Shown here: positions 9,622 through 18,665 of the stretch, piece after piece
Layout: each line of letters opens with the position of its first letter
How positions within the stretch are numbered: the first letter of the stretch is position 1
Assembly: GCA_964014165.1 (NCBI GenBank)
Contig: CAXGZM010000003.1
Coordinates: forward strand, 1-39,576
Direction: 5' to 3'
DNA: 39,576 nt
Source: an uncultured euryarchaeote
GTDB taxonomy: Archaea; Thermoplasmatota; Poseidoniia; Poseidoniales; Poseidoniaceae
Made by a program: the position numbers and the translations under genes
Notes under the pieces: generated by a model
The model's database searches: none
What the model saw: the letters and a program-made list of their open reading frames with translations, nothing else
What the model was told of the DNA's origin: nothing

Positions 9622-9682
9622 TCCGACGGGACGGCTTTCTCTCTTTGAAGATGTCTCTCAACCTACGGATGGAAAAGGCCCG

Positions 9683-10105
9683 TTACTGGCCCAAAAACAC
9701 ACCTGCTTTCTCGAACCAAAGCCACCCCTCTTTGACCCAATCCAAGAGGGCGGAGAGTTGGCTGTTTGAGGCGCCGGCGACCTTCGCAATCTTCCGAAGT
9801 GCCGTCAGTTCCTTTCGGTCGTAGTCGCCGTCAACGGCCGCCACCAACGCAGCATCACGCAGGATGATCTGAGCCAATACCGGGTCGAGGTCGGCGAGGG
9901 ATTGCTCAAGCGGAATGGGCTGTTCAAACCCGGCCCGTACGGTAATGCGAGACTCTGGATGAAGCATGGCCCGTCCCATCATCGCTTCGATCGTGGCGAT
10001 TTCCTCTCTCACCAGTTCGCCGTCGGCGGCAGCGATGTAAACGAGAATTTCAGCGTACCGTACCCGTTCTTGAGGCGAACGATGGCTGAGCCCATCGGGG
10101 AACAT
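9683..10105 (-). CDS. TerB-like (tellurite resistance family) protein
   Basis: Two TerB half-motifs: IAAADGELVREE and VAAVDGDYDRKE. Confidence 0.85.
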   Translation of the reverse strand: MFPDGLSHRSPQERVRYAEILVYIAAADGELVREEIATIEAMMGRAMLHPESRITVRAGFEQPIPLEQSLADLDPVLAQIILRDAALVAAVDGDYDRKELTALRKIAKVAGASNSQLSALLDWVKEGWLWFEKAGVFLGQ

Positions 10106-10111
10106 ATCGCT

Positions 10112-10543
10112 TCATTCCTCAAGCGTGTCAAGAAGTTCGTAGCCTTCTTTCATCCACTTGTAGCCCTTAACGGTCCAGTCAAGCAGTTGTTCAACGGCGT
10201 CTTCGCGCAGACCCAGGTGTTCCGAGATGTCTTCCAGCGCATCCCGCTCGTCCTCATCGACCGTACCGTCGGCTGCCGCCATCATCACGGCGTCTCGAAG
10301 CGCCAGCCGGCCGGCTTCGCCGGACAGTTCCTCGAGGCATTCCTCAAGGCTTGGCGGACTCTTCAGTGCGGCGCGAATGGCCTCTCGTTGCCCCGGCGAA
10401 AGGAGGGCTGTTCCGAGGCGTTGTTCGAACATGGCCATTTCATCGACGGTCAATTCGTTATCGATGCGGGCCATGTAAGCCAGCAGGCGAGCGTAGGCAA
10501 AGCGTTCTTCTCGAGGGAGTTTGTGAACGGTGTCGGGTAGCAT
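10112..10543 (-). CDS. TerB-like protein (paralog of the adjacent gene)
   Basis: MARIDNELTVDE and MAAADGTVDEDE motifs; LLDW near the C-terminus as in the neighbour. Confidence 0.85.
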   Translation of the reverse strand: MLPDTVHKLPREERFAYARLLAYMARIDNELTVDEMAMFEQRLGTALLSPGQREAIRAALKSPPSLEECLEELSGEAGRLALRDAVMMAAADGTVDEDERDALEDISEHLGLREDAVEQLLDWTVKGYKWMKEGYELLDTLEE

Positions 10544-10638
10544 TAGGCTAGCATGGCGCGCTTCTACCCAATGAACCCAACGGACAAAACCCCCCGCAAA
10601 ACCCCAATCTTGAAACCACCGTTTGATGGCCGAAAGGC

Positions 10639-10968
10639 ATGGCTGAGAGCACGGACGCGCCGGTTGTCGTGTGGACCGGACGAGGGTGTGGGGCATGCGT
10701 ACAAGCCAAGCGTCTGCTCGATGGAAAACGCGTGGCCTACAAGGAACGGCGCCTCAAAAACGACCCGGCCACACAACGCTCGTTCGCCCGTGCCACCGGC
10801 GGGGCGCGAACCGTGCCGCAAATCGTGGTGGGCGAACACCTGGTGGGTGGATTTGATGATTTGGTCAACCTCGATCGTTCCGGTGAATTGGACGTCTTGC
10901 TGGGCCGAGCAGAACCGCCTGCTCAGCAGAGCCTCTGGCAGCGTCTCAAATCCGGCTTGAGGGGCTGA
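10639..10968 (+). CDS. Glutaredoxin (Grx3-like)
   Basis: CGAC active site, RTVPQI and VGGFDDL. Confidence 0.9.
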   Translation: MAESTDAPVVVWTGRGCGACVQAKRLLDGKRVAYKERRLKNDPATQRSFARATGGARTVPQIVVGEHLVGGFDDLVNLDRSGELDVLLGRAEPPAQQSLWQRLKSGLRG

Positions 10969-11015
10969 GATTTCAACGAACAAGCGTTGATTAGGCGGCA
11001 CGCTTGGGTATCACC

Positions 11016-11378
11016 ATGCACCCCAGCGTCAACGTCCTCGGAACAAACCTCGAGCCCTGCTCGCAGGACCCGCTGACCGGATGGTACCGGGACGGTTGCT
11101 GTAACACCGATGACAACGACCACGGCTCCCATACCGTGTGCTGTGTTCTGAACGACGATTTCCTTGAATTCGCACGCGACATGGGCAACGATCTCATCAC
11201 GCCAGCACCGCGCTTCAACTTCCCGGGCCTGAAAGCAGGTGACTCATGGTGCGTTTGTGCACGAACATGGTTGTTGGCGGTGAACGCCGGCAAGGCCTGT
11301 CCGGTGGACCTTGAAGCCACGCACGAGCGTGCGCTGGACATCATCCCCCTGGACGTTCTTGAGACGCATGCGCTGTAG
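11016..11378 (+). CDS. DUF2237 family protein
   Basis: NVLG..L.PCS.DP.TGWYRDGCC, GNDLITP.P...FPGLK.GD.WCVC and L.ATHE.AL motifs. Confidence 0.88.
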   Translation: MHPSVNVLGTNLEPCSQDPLTGWYRDGCCNTDDNDHGSHTVCCVLNDDFLEFARDMGNDLITPAPRFNFPGLKAGDSWCVCARTWLLAVNAGKACPVDLEATHERALDIIPLDVLETHAL

Positions 11379-11793
11379 GTGAGTACTGGAAGACCAACAG
11401 ACGCAGCAACAACCAGAGCATGACCCCCCAGGCGACAAGGTTGACCATTCCTAAAACGCGCACGTCTCCGGAAAAGGAATCGTTCAGCCAACCAATGGTC
11501 AAGGTGGACCCTCCCAGACTGATGAAGTACACGGGTACGGCCGTGGAAAGTGTCCACGACACCGGCTTTCGGTCGTCAAACGTAAACCAGCGGTGAACGT
11601 AGTGGGCAAGAACGCTGGTTGTGCCCCAGCAGGCGGCCCACAGCAGGCGCACATCGCCACCGGCAAACATCGCAAGAAGCAACACCCAAATCAGATAGAA
11701 CACGATGCTGTTGAATCCACCTGCGATGCTGAATCGAATCAACGATCCGCGAGGAACCCGCTCGTCCAGCCACGTCATGGCATCAGTCATCAT
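11341..11793 (-). CDS. GtrA-like family membrane protein
   Basis: [16 protein letters not shown] and RLLVF patterns; four TM segments; downstream of sugar-nucleotide genes. Confidence 0.8.
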   Translation of the reverse strand: MMTDAMTWLDERVPRGSLIRFSIAGGFNSIVFYLIWVLLLAMFAGGDVRLLWAACWGTTSVLAHYVHRWFTFDDRKPVSWTLSTAVPVYFISLGGSTLTIGWLNDSFSGDVRVLGMVNLVAWGVMLWLLLRLLVFQYSPTAHASQERPGG

Positions 11794-12625
11794 TGGTGAC
11801 CACGTCGCTGGGTTTCCCCGTCAGCATGCTCCGGAGCGCATCGTTGTCCGCCTGCATGGCGTCCATGATGGCGTACTTCACACCGAGCTCGTCCGCCAAA
11901 ACGCCAAGCGCAGAACTGTCCTTTGGCAGGCATTTACCACCGAACCCGCGGCGGAGGCCAAAGATAGGGTCGAGGTGCGAAGGCCCGATGGGTTGTGCTT
12001 GGTCTGCCGTGATGATGTCTCGGATGGCGTACCAGTCTTCGTCCATTCCCTGACAGATGTCGTACATCTGGTTGGCGAACGTCACTTTCAGTGCGTAAAA
12101 CGTGTTTTTGGTGTACTTCACCAACTCGGCTTGGGTGGGCGTGACCTGGTACACTTGCTCTTTTCGCAGCACGCCAGCTTCCCTGTGGTGTTGGAACACC
12201 AGTTCTGCCACGTCCGCGTGGTGGGTGCCCACCACCAGGATGTCCTGGTTCGCAAAATCTTCCAGACGCCGCCGCTCCACCAAAAACTCAGGCGAATAAG
12301 CGATTTTGAGATCGGCGTAGCGTTCGTGATAGGCCTGTGTTGTGCCAGGAACGACGGTGCTCTTGATGACGGCCGTGAAGCCCTTTGGGAGGGCGTCGAG
12401 GATGCCCTCCACAATCGTGGTGTCGCAGGCTCCCGTTTCGGGATGAGGGGGCGTCGGGACGGCAATGTAGGCCATGTCGACGTGATCAATGACATCGGCA
12501 AGGGATGTTCCACGAGCAGGGTCGTGAACAAACAACTCATGTGCGTGCCCGAAACAGTGCTCGATTGCTCCGCCGACCATGCCAGCTCCAATGATGCCTA
12601 CCTTCATGTTCATCGCTCCGTTCAT
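11783..12625 (-). CDS. UDP-glucose/GDP-mannose dehydrogenase family protein (short form)
   Basis: [45 protein letters not shown] and [14 protein letters not shown] overlap with the upstream gene supports the start at 12625. Confidence 0.9.
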   Translation of the reverse strand: MNGAMNMKVGIIGAGMVGGAIEHCFGHAHELFVHDPARGTSLADVIDHVDMAYIAVPTPPHPETGACDTTIVEGILDALPKGFTAVIKSTVVPGTTQAYHERYADLKIAYSPEFLVERRRLEDFANQDILVVGTHHADVAELVFQHHREAGVLRKEQVYQVTPTQAELVKYTKNTFYALKVTFANQMYDICQGMDEDWYAIRDIITADQAQPIGPSHLDPIFGLRRGFGGKCLPKDSSALGVLADELGVKYAIMDAMQADNDALRSMLTGKPSDVVTNDD

Positions 12626-13368
12626 CGGTGTGGCGTGGGGTCCAACTTTCCATCTTTCGCCATTTGAGAGGCCTGCAACAGCGAATCGGGTGTACCGCAG
12701 TCCACCCACGTCTCTTCACCCACGGACAGCACATCGGCTTGACCCGCCTTCACGTAGGTTCGAGTGATGTCAGAAATTGAGAACGAATCGCCGTGTTCAG
12801 CCACCGCTGCATCGAGGTGAGTCCAGAACATTTCGTCAAACATGTAGATGCCACCGATGGCGAGGTTTGACGGGGGCGTTACAGGCTTTTCCACGATGTC
12901 GCAGATGTTGCCATTCCCGTCAAATACAGCGACACCGAAGGCTTCGGGATGCGGCTCTTCACGTGCGATCAGCAAGCAGCCGGGCGGGTCTTTCGCGTCT
13001 TCAAACGAGGCGACGTGTTCTCCAAATTCGATGGTTGTGATGTTGTCCGAGAAATACACCATCAAGCGCGCATCGGTGTTGTAGGGGCGAGCCAAGTTGA
13101 GGGCGTGGGCAACGCCCAACGGCTCTTCTTCGATGACGTAATGAATGCGTTCTCCCGGCAAGCCCTGACCGACGTGTTTTGCGATTTGGCCGACGAATTG
13201 GTTTGAAATGATGGTGATGTCTTTGATGCCTGCCCGCCGGATGGTGCCCAGTGCATAGTCAATGACCGGTCGTTCGTGCAGCGGAAGCAGCGTTTTCTGC
13301 GTGTAGCGAGTAAAAGGGAGAAGACGAGAGCCATAGCCGCCCGCAACGAGGATGGCCTTGACCGTCAT
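12622..13368 (-). CDS. Glucose-1-phosphate thymidylyltransferase-like (RmlA/RfbA family) nucleotidyltransferase
   Basis: [14 protein letters not shown]...K.LLP, PLGVAHA, FGVA, IVEKP and [10 protein letters not shown]. Confidence 0.88.
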   Translation of the reverse strand: MTVKAILVAGGYGSRLLPFTRYTQKTLLPLHERPVIDYALGTIRRAGIKDITIISNQFVGQIAKHVGQGLPGERIHYVIEEEPLGVAHALNLARPYNTDARLMVYFSDNITTIEFGEHVASFEDAKDPPGCLLIAREEPHPEAFGVAVFDGNGNICDIVEKPVTPPSNLAIGGIYMFDEMFWTHLDAAVAEHGDSFSISDITRTYVKAGQADVLSVGEETWVDCGTPDSLLQASQMAKDGKLDPTPHR

Positions 13369-13403
13369 GCACTGCATGGCCATGAGGCGGCTTTAGAAGA
13401 TGC

Positions 13404-14117
13404 TCATTGGGAATCGCCGCCGCCCTTTGATTTCATCAACTCCTCGACGGCACCGTCCTTCGCGTTTCGCTCAAACCAGCCCGTGGCCACCAAGTCTCCC
13501 AATCGGCTGACACCCTCTTCGATGGTGTCCATGTCGCGGGCCTCGGCGATGTCCCACAGGCGTTGAGCCTCCTCGGCGTAGTGCTGGTTGGCTTCCTCTA
13601 CGAGTTGCTCGCTCACCCGTAATTCGCCTTCCAGTCCCGTGTAGTCTTCTTCATGCAGGGCGGGGTCCACGCGCTCGGCATCGGCGTTCACCGATGCGCT
13701 TGACGTGTCAAACGCAGGGCCCTTCTCGTCTTCGCCTCGTGTCCGAAGAAAGGTTTCGTTGGAGGAGACGCGCGCCACCGTTGCACTGAACGCCAGGTGG
13801 AGGTGGTCCGATTCTTCGCCGCTGAGGTCCAACCCGTGAAGTTCATCCCAACCGAATTCGATGCTGTCAAGCAAACCGCTCAAGCGATCCTGCAGGGATT
13901 TTTCCCGCTGCAGGCTCATCCACAGGAAGATCAGGACCAAGGCGCAAAACACCGCTAAACCCTGAGCGATGACGAACATCTCCAACCCGCTGAGGTATGC
14001 ACCGATGGCCCAGAGGTCAGCCAAACCGACCACGACCCAGACCGCAACAACCCAGCGGCGGCGGTGTTGACGCTCATCGACAAAGAATTGCTCGATCAAC
14101 TCTTTGTTCGTGATCAT
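13404..14117 (-). CDS. Hypothetical protein (2 N-terminal TM, acidic soluble domain)
   Basis: 237-aa ORF tightly packed in a minus-strand operon. Confidence 0.75.
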   Translation of the reverse strand: MITNKELIEQFFVDERQHRRRWVVAVWVVVGLADLWAIGAYLSGLEMFVIAQGLAVFCALVLIFLWMSLQREKSLQDRLSGLLDSIEFGWDELHGLDLSGEESDHLHLAFSATVARVSSNETFLRTRGEDEKGPAFDTSSASVNADAERVDPALHEEDYTGLEGELRVSEQLVEEANQHYAEEAQRLWDIAEARDMDTIEEGVSRLGDLVATGWFERNAKDGAVEELMKSKGGGDSQ

Positions 14118-14126
14118 GCTGCTCGC

Positions 14127-14438
14127 CTACGTGTTCGCAATGCGTTCAATCTTTGCCAGGGTGGCATCGTCAAGTTCGGTGTCGACGTCCCAACCCATCT
14201 CCTTGAGACCGTTGATGACACCTGCATCGAGGATGGTGGTCATGCGTTCCACCGCATACTGAAACAACAAGCCACAGAGCAGGACGGTAGCAAGGCCGAA
14301 TTCCCACCGCGTGAGCGCGGCCACAGCAATGCCAATGAGGAGAACCACGACGGCCACGGGAAGAAGTCGTTGTTTGACTTTCAAGCGTGAAGCGTGGGCG
14401 TCCAACACCCGCTGCGCCCCCTCTTTCTTGCTACCCAT
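14127..14438 (-). CDS. Hypothetical small membrane protein
   Basis: Two TM helices; operon packing; start chosen at MGSKKEG to avoid overlap. Confidence 0.7.
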   Translation of the reverse strand: MGSKKEGAQRVLDAHASRLKVKQRLLPVAVVVLLIGIAVAALTRWEFGLATVLLCGLLFQYAVERMTTILDAGVINGLKEMGWDVDTELDDATLAKIERIANT

Positions 14439-14457
14439 GTCCGGTGCACGGCGCCCC

Positions 14458-15060
14458 TCATGGTGAAGATACCGCTTCACGCGAGAGCCATTCGTTCAGC
14501 TCTGCAAAGGTCTCATCGAGCCCGGCGTTGCCTCGCTCTTGCACGAGCACGCTGTCGCTCATGGTGAAGTGCCCGCGGGGTTGCGAGATCAGATGCTGGA
14601 GCAAGCTCCCCATCGCTTGTTGCATGTTGGCAACTTGCTCAACCTGCATGTTGAGCAAGCGCTCCATGCTGTCAAACACCACGTCGTTTCGTTCTTGGCG
14701 CGCCTCGAGTGCGTTGGATGCCGCCGTCATGGCCTCTTCTTGTCGCTTCAACAACTCCCGCGCTGCTGGGCTGCCCACGGCATCCCTTCGTTGAAGTTCC
14801 TCAATGGCGGTGTTCAATTCAACGTGGCGCCGAGTCAGCGCCCGCTGCAAATTCTCCACCTGATCGTTTGCTTCGCTGAGCTGGGAGGCGAGCTGTCGAC
14901 CGTCTCGTCGCATTCGACTGAGTTGAGCACTGTGGTGCGCAGATTCGGACAGGAAGGCCACCACGATGGCGAGGCCGAGGGCCATCTCAGGATGCACCAT
15001 CATTGCTGTTGCTGAAAACCACGCCACACTTCCCCAAAAAACCGATCTCACTATTCCCAT
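14458..15060 (-). CDS. Hypothetical membrane-anchored coiled-coil protein
   Basis: Two N-terminal TM segments followed by a heptad-rich region (QLASQLSEANDQVENLQRAL...). Confidence 0.75.
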   Translation of the reverse strand: MGIVRSVFWGSVAWFSATAMMVHPEMALGLAIVVAFLSESAHHSAQLSRMRRDGRQLASQLSEANDQVENLQRALTRRHVELNTAIEELQRRDAVGSPAARELLKRQEEAMTAASNALEARQERNDVVFDSMERLLNMQVEQVANMQQAMGSLLQHLISQPRGHFTMSDSVLVQERGNAGLDETFAELNEWLSREAVSSP

Positions 15061-15117
15061 GATGTCACATGGAGTTCCGCTGGATAAAGTCGGTCGTTGG
15101 GACTGCCACGGGGTCCC

Positions 15118-15762
15118 TCACGAGGGAAGGAGAATGAAACAGTCGTCATCAACTTCGATGACCAGCCCGGTGGTCAGCAGATGGTCCAGGGCTTCGTCGG
15201 TCTCCTCGTCCTCGATGTTGGATGAGCGGGTGTGGTCGAAAATGGATTGAAGCGAGGCGACAGGTTCGCCGCGAGCCAGTTCAAGCTCGATGCTCATCAC
15301 GACGGACTGGCAAGCGATGGCCAACAGCGGATCGTCGGTGTTGGCATCAGGCATCAAATCAAGGAAAATGTTGGCGGGATGCGTTTCTTCGTTCGCAGGT
15401 GCAGCGACCGGTTCGGCCGAAGCGCGTTCACCTAGGCCCCGCAGGGCATGGGGCTCGTTCAAGTCAAAGCAGTCAAACAGGTTTCGCTGGTGCGGGTCAT
15501 TGACTTGTTCGGTGGCGGCGTCGGTTTCCAAGCGTCGGCCAAGGTCGTCAAGGCGCTGAAGTCGCTGATCGATCACGATCTTCTCCCGGAGGAGATCAAG
15601 GGCGAGCAAATCCATCGTCATGTTGGCCTGCTCGACGATCCAGTCGTGCACGTTCCAGTTTGGATTGACGCCCAACATGGCGTCGGAAAGTTGGCGCACC
15701 TCGGCTGGCATGTCCTCGACCGAGACACGGCGTTCCTGCTCGTTTTTGTGCTCGTCCGCCAT
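15118..15762 (-). CDS. Hypothetical protein with a possible C-terminal winged helix
   Basis: Start MADEHK with TTCATA at -30. The C-terminus EETDEALDHLLTTGLVIEVDDDCFILL resembles a wHTH wing. Confidence 0.7.
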   Translation of the reverse strand: MADEHKNEQERRVSVEDMPAEVRQLSDAMLGVNPNWNVHDWIVEQANMTMDLLALDLLREKIVIDQRLQRLDDLGRRLETDAATEQVNDPHQRNLFDCFDLNEPHALRGLGERASAEPVAAPANEETHPANIFLDLMPDANTDDPLLAIACQSVVMSIELELARGEPVASLQSIFDHTRSSNIEDEETDEALDHLLTTGLVIEVDDDCFILLPS

Positions 15763-15937
15763 GGTGATTCTTCCGGCTTGACAGCCTATGAAACATCCCC
15801 TCCCCCTTCGGTGCAAGGTGTCGTTTTTCACGAAAATGATGCAGCCTTCGTCAGCGCCGAAACCCTCCGAGTTCTCCCCTTCAGTTCTTCGTGGAGCGAG
15901 GGTCGCGTTCATGTAGAAGCGCCATGTGCGAGAAGGC

Positions 15938-17119
15938 ATGAGTGACCATCGCATCACGGTTCTGCCAGGCGACGGGACGGGACGAGAAGTGGCGTTGGAA
16001 GCCCAACGCATCTTGGACACCATTCAAGCGCACTCAAATCACGGATTTGACCAAACCGTCATTCCTTGCGGCGGTGAACACTACAAAGCCACGGGCGAGG
16101 AATGGGCCGAAGGCTCCTTCGACATCTGCAAGAACGAAACCGACGCTATTTTCCTCGGTGCCATCGGCTACCCCGGCGCCCGCCTGCCCAACGGCGATCT
16201 TGCAGGTGGTTCGGTCATTCTCGGTCTGCGCAGCGGCTTGGACCTCTACGCCAACGTGCGACCGATCAAACTCTACGAAGGTGTGCCGCACAAGATTCAC
16301 GGAGGTTTCCGCCAGATTTGGGAGCCCGGCATGGTTGACATGACCATTCTGCGAGAAAACACGGAAGGCCTCTACCACGCCTTGCTGCGACGGTCGGCCG
16401 ACCGAGCTCAAGGACGAGCAGAGTACGAGCCTGAGCCGATGACGTTCCCCGGCCTTGAAGGCGAAGTTGCCTACGACCCCCGTCCCATTTCCAAGAGCGG
16501 TTCTGAGCGCTTGATTCGCATGGGCTTCGAAATCGCTGAAACCCGAAACGGCGCGCCCGCCGATGGCGTCCGGCGCGTCTCGTGCATTGACAAGTCCAAC
16601 GTAACCCGAGGCTGCCAACTGTTCCGCTCCACGTTCGATGAGGTGGCTGCTGACTACCCCGGCACCGAGGCAGACTACGGCTACATCGACGCCTTCATGC
16701 AGTGGATCACTCGCTCTCCTGAGCACTACGACACCGTCGTGACCTCCAACATGTTTGGCGACATATCCACCGACCTCGGCGCCGTTCTCCAGGGCGGCAT
16801 GGGCATGGCAGCGTCGGGCAACATCGGTGACGAACATGCTTTCTTCGAGCCCGTTCACGGGTCCGCTCCGAAGCATGCTGGCCAAAACAAGGTCAACCCC
16901 ATCGCTTCCATCAACTCCATCCAGATGATGATGGATTACCTCGGTCGTAAAAACAACGACGACGACCTGGTCGCCATCGGTCGTCTCATTGACGACAGCG
17001 TGGCCGACCACCTCAAGGACGGCAAGATGCTGACGTACGACATCGGTGGAAGTGCATCCTGTTCGGACGTCGGCATCAGTATCGCTGACCGTCTGGCGTC
17101 CAAGCTCAAGGAACGCTGA
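15938..17119 (+). CDS. Isocitrate/isopropylmalate dehydrogenase family protein
   Basis: LPGDGTGREV, LRSGLDLYANVRP, RENTEGLY, DKSNV, SNMFGDISTDL and FEPVHGSAP. Confidence 0.95.
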   Translation: MSDHRITVLPGDGTGREVALEAQRILDTIQAHSNHGFDQTVIPCGGEHYKATGEEWAEGSFDICKNETDAIFLGAIGYPGARLPNGDLAGGSVILGLRSGLDLYANVRPIKLYEGVPHKIHGGFRQIWEPGMVDMTILRENTEGLYHALLRRSADRAQGRAEYEPEPMTFPGLEGEVAYDPRPISKSGSERLIRMGFEIAETRNGAPADGVRRVSCIDKSNVTRGCQLFRSTFDEVAADYPGTEADYGYIDAFMQWITRSPEHYDTVVTSNMFGDISTDLGAVLQGGMGMAASGNIGDEHAFFEPVHGSAPKHAGQNKVNPIASINSIQMMMDYLGRKNNDDDLVAIGRLIDDSVADHLKDGKMLTYDIGGSASCSDVGISIADRLASKLKER

Positions 17120-17141
17120 TTCCAAGCAGTGAGTTGAGTGC

Positions 17142-17507
17142 ATGAAACCGTATGGCTCTCTTTCCGAAGAGTCTGCTCGCGAAGAATACCAACCTGAAAG
17201 CGGTCAAAGATTCGCACCCGCTGTTGTTTTTGCGACCGGCGCAATGATTTCCATTCCCACGTTCATTGTTGGTCTCGAACAAGAGGGCTCTTGGCTCATT
17301 TCACAGATTGGCGCTATCTTGTTCTGTTTGACGGCCATTGTTGCATTCATGTTGGTCATCATGTCCGCGTCGAAGAAAGCGAAGTGGGATGCTGCACAAG
17401 GAAATTCAACCGTCCGTGCAAAAATATCCATCGCAATTTATTCCGTGTACGTGCTAACGTTTTCTCTTGCCATGGTGGCCGTCATTCTCACCATGATCAT
17501 CCACTAA
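17142..17507 (+). CDS. Hypothetical membrane protein (3 TM), lower GC
   Basis: 121-aa hydrophobic ORF directly after the dehydrogenase. Confidence 0.6.
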   Translation: MKPYGSLSEESAREEYQPESGQRFAPAVVFATGAMISIPTFIVGLEQEGSWLISQIGAILFCLTAIVAFMLVIMSASKKAKWDAAQGNSTVRAKISIAIYSVYVLTFSLAMVAVILTMIIH

Positions 17508-17564
17508 ACCGTGTGGACCCATGACCATGTCCACACGCGTGGCGTAGAGCGTTCGTATGCTGCA

Positions 17565-17747
17565 TCACTCTTCGAATTTCTTTCCGAGCAATCTCGCAGC
17601 TGTCTTGCGTCCAGCCGCCACGTCAACGTCTGGAAAGATCCCGTGAATCAACAACCGAACCGAACCGAGAAGGCAAACAAAAGCAAGTTTCCATGCTATT
17701 TTGAAGTGCGCAAACCACGACATCTGGATGTCCTCTAGATGGCCCAT
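17565..17747 (-). CDS. Small protein, DUF6356-like
   Basis: HL....MSWF.HF..AW...LLIHG.FP pattern; TTGAAA element at -28. Confidence 0.6.
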   Translation of the reverse strand: MGHLEDIQMSWFAHFKIAWKLAFVCLLGSVRLLIHGIFPDVDVAAGRKTAARLLGKKFEE

Positions 17748-17906
17748 GGTGGTCGGTACCTGTGGGTGGTTTCAACCTTGGGGAATTCGGTGCTGAACAC
17801 ATCGTGTCTTCTTCACAGCAGCGGTGCACCACGTCCGAAGCGAGAACCGGTCGCACCCAACACCTCGAGGAATGCCTGCGTTTGACCTGATTGATTGTCT
17901 CCTGTG

Positions 17907-18656
17907 CTAGGTTCTGTTCATGGCTGAAAGCATCTCGGCGAGTCCTTCGTTCAGCACCGCTTGGTGGTCGTAAGCCTCGTCAAGGTCTACGTTCCCTTCC
18001 TCTGCCGCCACGGCAAGCATGGTGTTGAGCGCCCTGGACAACTCATCGACAATGGTGATGCTGCCCTGTTGGGCTGAGCGTGAAAGCGGGTTCAGGTCGA
18101 TCACGATGACGGTTTTCCCCATCGTGACCAGGGCGTTGCAGCGGTCGCCGTCCTCCAGTGGAACGAGGATGACGTCACTTTCGAGAATGCCTTCACGATG
18201 GCACGCCGCCCTCGGGCCCTTCAACCCAGGAATGCGAGCATCGGGCGCATCGCCAAGAACGGGGACATCAAGCCCCAAGACCGTTTTTCGTTCGTTGATG
18301 TGGCCGAGGATCGCCTCCATTCGTTCGGGCGTCCGATAGAAGATGTTCACTTCCACCGGACACGACAGCACGCTGGCCAGGCGGAGCATTTCATCGCAGG
18401 CCAGCGCTGCCACGTTGCCGTTGATGCTCAACACCGGTCGGTCGGCCGCCTGCAGCGCCGCCAAAGCCTGACGGGATGCACGGAGCGCACTGTCCGTGGT
18501 TCGCTCCCCGAGGAGGTAGTCAAACGCTTCACCGCGGCCGTGGGCAATCATGGCGCTGGCGGCCAGCATCCCCTTTTCTGCAGCGACTTCCAACCGATGG
18601 CGCATCAGCAGGGAGGCATAACGGGGGTGGCTGGGGTCGGCCGCGATGTCGTCCAT
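17907..18656 (-). CDS. Archaeal 4-phosphopantoate--beta-alanine ligase (phosphopantothenate synthetase)
   Basis: HPRY.SL, IAHGRGEAFDYLLGERT, SINGN, EVNIFYRT, VPLEDGDR and IDLNPLSRS. Confidence 0.95.
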   Translation of the reverse strand: MDDIAADPSHPRYASLLMRHRLEVAAEKGMLAASAMIAHGRGEAFDYLLGERTTDSALRASRQALAALQAADRPVLSINGNVAALACDEMLRLASVLSCPVEVNIFYRTPERMEAILGHINERKTVLGLDVPVLGDAPDARIPGLKGPRAACHREGILESDVILVPLEDGDRCNALVTMGKTVIVIDLNPLSRSAQQGSITIVDELSRALNTMLAVAAEEGNVDLDEAYDHQAVLNEGLAEMLSAMNRT

Positions 18657-18665
18657 GCTATCGCC

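Noticed and set aside
16034-17143. 369-aa minus-strand ORF
   Set aside because: Antisense shadow of the dehydrogenase gene.
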